A stretch of DNA of 64,000 bases from positions 92,876,001-92,940,000 of the forward strand of contig OX597823.1 in the NCBI GenBank assembly GCA_951406725.2, in the 5' to 3' direction. Source of the stretch: Octopus vulgaris (Eukaryota). Made by a program: the position numbers and the translations under genes. Below, piece after piece: positions 54,610 to 64,000 of the stretch. The notes beneath the pieces were generated by a model that was not told where the DNA came from, ran no database searches, and saw only the letters and a program-made list of their open reading frames with translations. Positions within the stretch are counted from its first letter, which is position 1. Each line of letters starts with the position of its first letter.

Positions 54610-55070
54610 TGGTACAACGAAGTACCGATATTTACTGGAAAATAGCGAACGTAATAAATACGACGCTAATGTATAGCTTCACTGCGTATGTACTAGCAAA
54701 AATGCGTGTGTGCAACAAACTTGAAAAATATTGTCTTACCTCCAGGGAGAACATCTGAAAGATGAAATACCTAGAAAGGGATAATGTAGTACCGGTTTCA
54801 GATTTTTCAAGATATGTCTGCACACATATACTTGATTTATCTTCATCAGCCAACGTATACCTCGACAACATTTCTAATGTATATGTGTGCAGACATATCT
54901 TGAAAAATCTGAAACCGGTACCATGGATGTTCTCCTGGAGGTAAGACAATTTTTTTCAAGTTTGTTGCACACACGCATTTTTGCTAGTACATACGCAGTG
55001 AAGCTATACATTAGCGTCGTATTTATTACGTTCGCTATGTTCCAGTAAATATCGGTACTTCGTTGTACCA
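54610..55070. mobile_element. 460-bp hairpin element (inverted PLE end) containing a hammerhead
   Basis: 54610-54830 is the near-perfect reverse complement of 54879-55070, apart from one indel block of about 30 bp. Confidence 0.85.
54787..54852 (-). ncRNA. Type-I hammerhead with extended stem II
   Basis: Minus strand tgg-CTGATGA-agat-aaa-tcaag-tatatgt-gtgcag-acatat-cttga-aaa-atct-GAAAC-cg-GTA-cta. Confidence 0.8.
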
Positions 55071-55100
55071 TTTATTTGCTTTTATGTATAATTTTCCGTA

Positions 55101-56059
55101 GTAATGATGTCTTCTGAAATAATTTGATTGTGATAATCTGTTTTACAACGTATATTACTGTGTTTTGAAATGATTTGAATATAATAATATATTTTCGAAT
55201 TAATTCGCTGCAATAGAAAAGGAAAAGAAATCCTATTATCTTTCCATATCTCTTGACTTGTGCGGAATATTTTGAATATATATTAATGTGTACGTCTCTG
55301 TGTGTGTGGAGGGAGGGCCGTTGGGGGAGAGAGATTGATCTATTCAGTGAGCAACAATTGTACCTTTCAGGTTTCAGTTCTTACTTCCATCATCTTAGAG
55401 CCCTAAACTTGCACTGATCGGGGTTTATAAGTAGCTAATTAATATAGTGTCTTAACAATGAAGTAACTGAAGACATTTGAGCTTCAACATGTCATTTAGT
55501 TTCGTAGCATTATAAACACTGAGAAATTACAGATACTTTGCCCTGAATAATCCTTTAACAGTTCCTTCAAATTCTTCGTTCATCTTCCGCCGGTCGAATG
55601 CTTAGCGGTATTCGTCCTTTCTGGGTTCAATAATGAATAATGCCTTTGTCTGTCCTTGGTGCCATGATACCACTGATCGATATAACTCACTCAACCAAGA
55701 GCATAAAAAATAGGTACTCTAATGGGCCATGATAACACAAATCTTACAAAGGATTTAGTGTCCTATCAGGTGGTGCTATTAAGTTAGACGGGGACAGGAC
55801 CAATCTTATATATATTATTTTTCACTCATTTTCTTGCTTCAGTCACTTGACTGTGGCCATGCTGGCGCACTGCTTTAGTCGAGCAAATCGACCCCAGGAC
55901 TTATTCTTTGCAAGCCTAGTAGTTATTCTATCGGTCTCTTTTGCCAAACCACTAAGTTACTGGGACGTATACACACAACCATCGTTTGTCGTGATGTTGG
56001 GTGGACAAACACCGACACACTCACACAATCATATACATACATACACACACACAGACACT

Positions 56060-56105
<46 letters not shown>

Positions 56106-56274
56106 CATATATATATGACGGTCTTTCAGTTTTTGGACTACCAAATCTACTCAAGGTTTTGGTCGGCCCGAGGCTGTATTAGACAAACCACTATTTCTAT
56201 GCGACTCATTATCCTCAGATGACTGAACCGGAACTTAGTAGTTACTAATACTAATTACGTTCTTCAAATGAGCC

Positions 56275-56305
<31 letters not shown>

Positions 56306-57360
56306 TTTTATATATTATTCTTTACTTTTATACTTGTTTCAGTCATTTTGACTGCGGCCATGCTGGAGCACCACTTTTAGTCGAGCAACTCGACCCCGTA
56401 CTCATTCTTTTTGTAAGCCCAGTACTTATTCTATCGGTCTCTTTTGCCGAACCGCTAATTTGACGTGCAACGTACACCAGCAATCGGTTGTCAAGTAACA
56501 ATTTACACACAAACACAAACACACACACATATATATATATACATATATTACATATATATTCAGTTTCCTAATATATACGCATATATTTCTTATAGCGAAG
56601 TACAAACGTTTACAAACCTAGTTAATTTTGATTTCCTAACAAACTATAACGCCTCTGGTTGTCTAATGAACCAATTGACTATTTTGTAATTCGATATATT
56701 AAATTGAAATAGTAGCAAGCCAGTACATTGATTGAATATATATCATGAAACGTACGAAATTGTTTATATTTATTATAATTATGGAATTTGGAGATATTAT
56801 ACTTTGTAATCCGTATATTGAATAGATTTGATTGTAATAAGTTATTTTGAATATGATATATTTCAGAATATGTAATGATGTCTTCTGAAATAATTTGATT
56901 GTGATAATCTGTTTTACAACGTATATTACTGTGTTTTGAAATGATTTGAATATAATAATATATTTTCGAATTAATTCGCTGCAATAGAAAAGGAAAAGAA
57001 ATCCTATTATCTTTCCATATCTCTTGACTTGTGCGGAATATTTTGAATATATATTAATGTGTACGTCTCTGTGTGTGTGGAGGGAGGGCCGTTGGGGGAG
57101 AGAGATTGATCTATTCAGTGAGCAACAATTGTACCTTTCAGGTTTCAGTTCTTACTTCCATCATCTTAGAGCCCTAAACTTGCATGATCACTTGGGCTCC
57201 TATACTGTCTAAGGATAGCTATAGCGTTATATAAAAGATGTCTTAACAATGGAAGTAAAGACATTTGAGCTTCAACATGTCATTTAGTTTCGTAGCATTA
57301 TAAACACTGAAGAAATTACAGAATACTTTGCAACCTGAATAGCTATCCTTTAACACAGTT
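55101..57360. repeat. Direct duplication, 55101-55560 and 56872-57360
   Basis: About 310 bp identical, then the first copy becomes increasingly deleted. Confidence 0.85.
55820..56520 (-). mobile_element. Two partial SINE family 1 copies (55820-56180 and 56318-56520)
   Basis: cagtca.ttgactg.ggccatgctgg..ttattctatcggtctcttttgcc appears twice. Confidence 0.8.
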
Positions 57361-57385
57361 CCTACTCAATATTTTTCTATACGTA

Positions 57386-57975
57386 AAGGAGGCGATCTTG
57401 CAGAAACGTTAGCACGCCGGTCGAAATGCTTAGCGGTATTTCGTCTGCCGTTACGTTCTGAGTTCAAATTTCGCCGAGGTCGATTTGCCTTTCATCCTTT
57501 CGGGGTCGGTTAAATAAGTAACAGTTACGCACTGGGGTCGATATAATGGACTTAATCCGTTTGTCTGTCCTTGTTTGTCCTTTCTGTGTTTAGCCCCTTA
57601 TGGGTAGTAAAGAAATAGGTATTTCGCATGCTGCTACATACTGAGTTCAAATTCCGCCGAGGTCGACTTTGCCTTTCATCCTTTCGGGGTCGATAAATTA
57701 AGTACCAGTTACGCACTGGGGTCGATATAATGAACTTAATCCGTTTGTGTGTCCTTGTTTGTCCTCTCTGTGTTTAACCCCTTGTGAGAAGTAAAGAAAT
57801 AGTTATTTTGCCTGCTGCTACATTCTGAGTACTAATTCCACCCAGGTGGATTTTGCCTTACAACCTTTCATTTCGGGGTCGATAAATTAAGTACCAGTTG
57901 TATACTGGAGTTGATCTAATCGATTGGCCGCCTCTCCAAAAATTTGGGGCCGTGTGCCTAGAGCTGAAAAGAATA
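57386..57975 (+). mobile_element. SINE family 2 trimer (head plus three units, the last with an alternative tail)
   Basis: gagttcaaatt..gccgaggtcga..gcctttcatcctttcggggtcg..aagta.cagtt repeats at about 185-bp spacing. Confidence 0.9.
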
Positions 57976-59028
57976 ATATTCTATACTTTTCTCCCGGCGT
58001 AAAATGGTGATCCAGTAATTCAGTAATTCTCTAGATATAATTTAAATTTTACTGTTTGGTTAAATAATGGGTTCTGTATAAAATATTTTTCATCGTATTC
58101 ATATTCTTACGCTGATTACTCCCTGTTTTTTCACGTATCGAATTGTATTAGACAAACCACTATTTCTATGCGACTCATTATCAAACTCAGCTGATCAACA
58201 GATAACTTAGATACCCGTTTACTAATACTAATTACGTTCTTCAAATGAAAGCGTTATATATATATATATATATATATATTCTTTCTTTTATTCTTTTACT
58301 TGTTTCAGTCGATATATGTGTGAATATGTGTGTACACATATATATAAATATACGTGTGTGTGTGATTGTATATGTATGTATGTATACGTACTTATGGGAG
58401 TATATATATTATATATTTGTAGTAGCATATATATACACACACATATCATCGGTTGTCAAGCAATGCTAGGGGAACAAACACAGACACACAAACACACACA
58501 CATACATATATATATATACATATATACGATAGGCTTCATTCACTATTAAAATAGACCACCTGCCATTTCACGAAATTTCAGCTGATAACTTCGCTACTAG
58601 AAAATATATGAAATATGATGAGTTGGCACCTGGCAACCATATATCCATTAACTTAGTCAAAGTTGTACACATTAATATATGCATAACCCCATCCATTAAC
58701 ACCTAAATAATTATAAAGTAGACTACGACTCCGCAATATATAGACATGAAACGTACGAAGTGTTTTTACTTATTATATTATATTTAACTTTTTTTATACT
58801 TTTTGGTTAGTTATATATAAAAAATTTAAGTTTAAGAATTTAAAAATTAAAAAATAAAAAAATATGCATTTAAATGTTTTAAATTTTAATAATTTAAATT
58901 TTAAATTTTATATTTTATATATATATATTATATATTATATTAATTATATTTGTTTTTTTGTTTGTTTATATTTTGGTTTATGTCTATCAGTGTTTGAGTA
59001 GCCTAATAGTGGCTTTATCTCTAATTTA

Positions 59029-59152
<124 letters not shown>

Positions 59153-59756
59153 ACTTACTATTTGGTTTGTGGTCTGAAACTATCATTGTTCTGTCCTAAC
59201 ATTACGTCAAGACAGTTAACAGAGATAAGATCTATTTTCTTTAGTCAAATGTTTCCTAAATTTGGTTAACTTATGACAGTTACAATTCTGCGATAGATTT
59301 CAACCCTTCGTCACAAGAAAACAGTATTATTTTTTAACAATGGGTAAGCATCAATGCAATTATATGACTTTCATTGTATGGCGTTTAAGAGATAAATAAG
59401 AATATTAACTGGTAAACCAAAGATGGAATGGAAAGCGTGAGCTTCAAACCGACGTTTCCGCATGCCTTGTTTCAAAGGTTGTCTTCTTTCTTCTTAAACG
59501 TACTTACATAAGGATAAGCTAATCTTTCAAACTTTTATCTTTCTATCGAAAAATCTTCAGACAGTGGAAATTCAAAAACGTAAATCGGGCTCAGTTTTCC
59601 AGCTGATGATCGGAAACGTGCAAATTTGAGTACTGGGAATCGGAGCCTTTCAAAGTATTAGACAAAAATCTTCATTTCAATTGAGACTTCTAAACTATAG
59701 TAGTGAATCAAGAAATATCTTTCTAGTTATCTATCTATCTATCTATCAATAGATAA

Positions 59757-59844
<88 letters not shown>

Positions 59845-60023
59845 CTCTCTTTCTCTCCTTTCTATATATTTGTTATACGTACATGTATAACACACATATA
59901 CATATAGAATCGAAAAAGAGACAGAGGAAAGAGACAAACATTGGGAGACGCACACATATGTATGCATATATATGTTCTCCTTCCATGAGTAGAAATATAT
60001 AGGCATATACGATAATATACAGC

Positions 60024-60060
<37 letters not shown>

Positions 60061-60179
60061 ATGTATGTATGTATACGTATATCTGAAAATATTCCACATA
60101 CATGCATACACACGCATCTCAGTGGCATTGATACATTCGAGTACGTACATTCATTCGCAACTATATACACATATATATG

Positions 60180-60223
<44 letters not shown>

Positions 60224-60225
60224 TT

Positions 60226-60270
<45 letters not shown>

Positions 60271-61088
60271 ATATATATATAAGTAGATATATCTATATAT
60301 ATGTATGTAGATATATGTGTGAATATGTGTGTACACATATATATAAATATACGTGTGTGTGTGATTGTATATGTATGTATGTATACGTACTTATGGGAGT
60401 ATATATATTATATATTTGTAGTAGCATATATATACACACACATATACAAATATATTCATATATAATTCAATTATGTATATATATATACGTTACATATAGT
60501 AAACCTTCTAAAAACAACAGCAAATCAAATTTATTAATACATTCATAATACATTCACTATTAAAATAGACCACCTGCCATTTCACGAAATTTCAGCTGAT
60601 AACTTCGCTACTAGAAAATATATGAAATATGATGAGTTGGCACCTGGCAACCATATATCCATTAACTTAGTCAAAGTTGTACACATTAATATATGCATAA
60701 CCCCATCCATTAACACCTAAATAATTATAAAGTAGACTACGACTCCGCAATATTTACTAACGTACACAAGACTGTGTCTTGTAGTTGGTGGCCATCAGAC
60801 TTTTTGTCGTTTGTTTCCTTCCATTAGCACCTACGCAGAATCTGCATGTGCTTGCTAATTCTTTTATATACATGTAGCGTATATGTGCTTAAAGATATGT
60901 GCACTCATGTATATGCAATATGCATGTGTACCCATATATATATATATATATATATATTTTTGTGTGTGTGTGTGTGTGTGTGTGTATACACATATATATA
61001 TATATATATATGCTCATGTATATATATGCATATATATATATTTATATATATTGTATACGTATATATATATATGTGTGTGTGTATGTAT

Positions 61089-61129
<41 letters not shown>

Positions 61130-61193
61130 ACAAATATATGTATGTATATGTATACACAAGTGTGTTTTTTTCATATGTACATGTAGTTGTTAG

Positions 61194-61224
<31 letters not shown>

Positions 61225-61651
61225 ATGCGAACATGTGTATTTGTATGTGTGAAGTATATATGTAGTTGGAGAGAGAGAGACGTTGAGATAGAGATAGACA
61301 GATAGAGATAGAGAGAGAAACAAGAGTCAAAGACGGATTATATGCGACATATGTATCATCTATATCATTCATGTGGACATTTGCCAAACATTAATTGATA
61401 GTTTCGAATGCGTCTATCTATAGACATATATATCGACTGACAAATGGAGAAGTATCTAGGAGGAGAGGTGTGAATGCATTAAAATGATAAGGGCTTAATT
61501 ACTGTCTATTGACTGCTTGCATGCTTCTTTGAGGATAAAAACAATTAGATTCCCAGAATATTGGGAATTTTCATTTTTAATTATTCGTAATTTAGGATAT
61601 TTTAAAGTAAGTGACGACATAAGCGGAAACGTAATGAATTGTTTACTTACG

Positions 61652-61726
<75 letters not shown>

Positions 61727-61727
<1 letters not shown>

Positions 61728-63398
61728 CAGACAGACAAATACTAGTTCGAAGATGCGATCTTTAAGATAGCATGATTCAAATGATATGATATTATCACTT
61801 ATAAATACATATGTTATGCATGTAGTAAGAACGCTCGTTAGACACGCAAGATGAAAGAAGCTTTAAAGTCAACAGTGGAAAACATAAAACAGAGGAATGA
61901 GATGAAATGCAATTATACTTAGGGCACGTGCATTTATAAAGCAATAAAAAATGACAGATAGTCCTAAAGAGGGTGATATTTCAAGGTCTCTGACACCGGC
62001 GAGTTTCTTGCCAGTGATGAATATCCTTGACTGATGGAGGCAATTAGAAGAGAAACACGGGGAAGAAGAAAATTCTTACCTGTTAAAGATAAACTGATAA
62101 ACTGATCCAAAGTGCTAATCTTAGTGACTTCAATATTAACATAAATTGATATAAGACACATGAAACGATTCTAACTATAAATATGTGAAATACACGATAT
62201 TGCTCAGTCTCTGTTGTTCTTCCGTGTTGTTATTTTTATTAGATGATGATATTTCTGTTTTTTAGCATGATTTAGATCGAAGAAGGGTCGTTGTTGTTGC
62301 GAAATTCTTCATGAAAGAAGTAGACAAAATAGCCAAACAGTAAACTAAGTCATCTGAATATAACTGTCTTAGAGTAATAGGGCTCAACGTGCCGGTTACC
62401 CGAAGTGCATAGCACATAAGTGACCTGTTTCACAACATTCCATCTGAACAGGACACCAATCCTTCGTCGCGTTAATTATTTACATGAAATGCTTTTCTCA
62501 ATTACACAACGCCGTATTCGGGAATCGAAACCAGGATCTTGATATCATTAGTGTAGCCCCATCAGCACTAGATCACGCACCTTCAGATCTAAAATACTTT
62601 CGCTCATTAAATAATGATTTGAATTTTTTGGCATATGACCAGCAACGTCTGGGGACGTTTTAAGTCGATTATATCGGCTCTAATGCTCAGCTGGTACTTA
62701 TTATCCCCCGAAGGGATGAAAGGGGAAGCCAACGTCGGCGAAAAGTATACTCAGAACATGAAGACACACGAAATACCAGCTCAACGCCATATTAGTCATT
62801 AAATAATAATTTTTTGTTAACACGTGATGTAAATATTTCTTGCAAGCTTCATAACTGCCTTTAAATATGTGGCAATCTACTTCAATAAAAAAAAAAACAG
62901 AAATATTATTATCCAATAAAATTAACAACACGGAAGAAAAACAGAGACTGAGCAATATCGTGTATTCCACATATTTATAGTTAGAATTGTTTCATGTGTC
63001 TTATATAAATTTATGTTAATATTGAAGTCACTAAGATTAGCACTTTGGATCAGTTTATCAGTTTATCTTTAACAAGTAAGAATTTTCTTCTTCCCTGTGT
63101 TTCTCTTCGTCGCCAGTCTCAGAGACCCTCAAATCTCACCCTCTTTAGGATGATCTGTTATTTTTCATTGCTTTATAAATGCACGTGCCCTAAGCATAAT
63201 TGCATTTCACATCATTCCTCTGTTTTATGTTTTCCACTGTTGACTTTAAAGCTTCTTTCATCTTGCGTGCCTTACCAGCGTTCTTACTACATGCATAACA
63301 TATGTATATTTATACGCGATAATATCATATCAATTTGAAACATGCTATTTTAAAGATAACGTATTCGGACTAGTATCTGTCTGTCTGTCTATCTATCA
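61727..63398. repeat. Long diverged inverted repeat (about 520-bp arms, about 620-bp spacer with SINE remnants)
   Basis: 61727-62262 is the reverse complement of 62887-63398, with scattered substitutions and an indel of about 45 bp. Confidence 0.9.
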
Positions 63399-64000
63399 GG
63401 CCGATTGTATCACTGAGTTTTACTTAATTTAAGTATCACTTATTGAATGGCAACCTCTAAAGTTATCATTGCATATCCATGACACGCATTTTACGGAAAC
63501 ATTTGCCTTGGATTGTGATGTAATCATGAGCCTAATATCGAGGAATTCGTTGCGTATATGTTTGTAGCTGTTTCTACATAATTTGCTTGCAACATATATT
63601 CGTTCCCTATTCAAATATAAAACGATAACCGATTTAATTGTCACTGTGTATTTAATCAATAATGAAAGAAATAACATTTTTCTCTAAAGAACCAGCAAAT
63701 AAATTAATATTTTATCCATTTCAGTTCATGATGACATTCAACAAATATTGAAATATACTGTCATCATTTGTTTCCGTTTTAGGGTGAATAACACCTTCAA
63801 AGAACTGTAATGGCGACTGGATGTTGTTAAAATAGTTTTAGTTTTAATAGCGAAAGCAATTAAATTCTGAAGTGTCAAATAAATATGATAATTTCCACTC
63901 ACAAATTCAATTACATGCATATATATATACACATGCATACGCATACAGGTAAGCATATATGTATATCTATATATGCTCTGTCTTTGTGTGTGTGTGTATG

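Noticed and set aside
59601-59622. agCTGATGAtcgGAAACgtgc as a hammerhead
   Set aside because: No stem II and no valid cleavage triplet; the nearby gaaacgtc on the minus strand (about 59450) has no matching core half.

Overview
This is eukaryotic, very AT-rich, microsatellite-saturated DNA with no recognisable intact host gene. The repeat families look like those of a coleoid cephalopod, probably Octopus; that assignment is from recall and was not checked. Almost all ORFs in the track are microsatellite translations. The real content is transposable elements: (1) Penelope-like elements (PLEs), mostly in (TA)n runs and often as large hairpins, including a Neptune-type GIY-YIG element at 19.5-21.8 kb and a Naiad-type element at 33.3-40.7 kb; (2) about ten minimal type-I hammerhead ribozyme motifs carried by PLE ends, some with a U3-A8 core variant; (3) several R4/Dong-type RLE LINE families and a 5'-truncating non-coding element, inserted strand-specifically in (TAA)n; (4) three tRNA-derived SINE families, one forming multimers; (5) Tc1, rosa/DD41D and mariner relics, RTE and CR1 3' ends, and a MITE with an 8-bp TSD that carries (CCCTAA)5. 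Parts of 37.1-37.6 kb and 55-61 kb look like assembly artefacts. All calls were made by eye, without database searches, and boundaries are approximate unless motifs are quoted.
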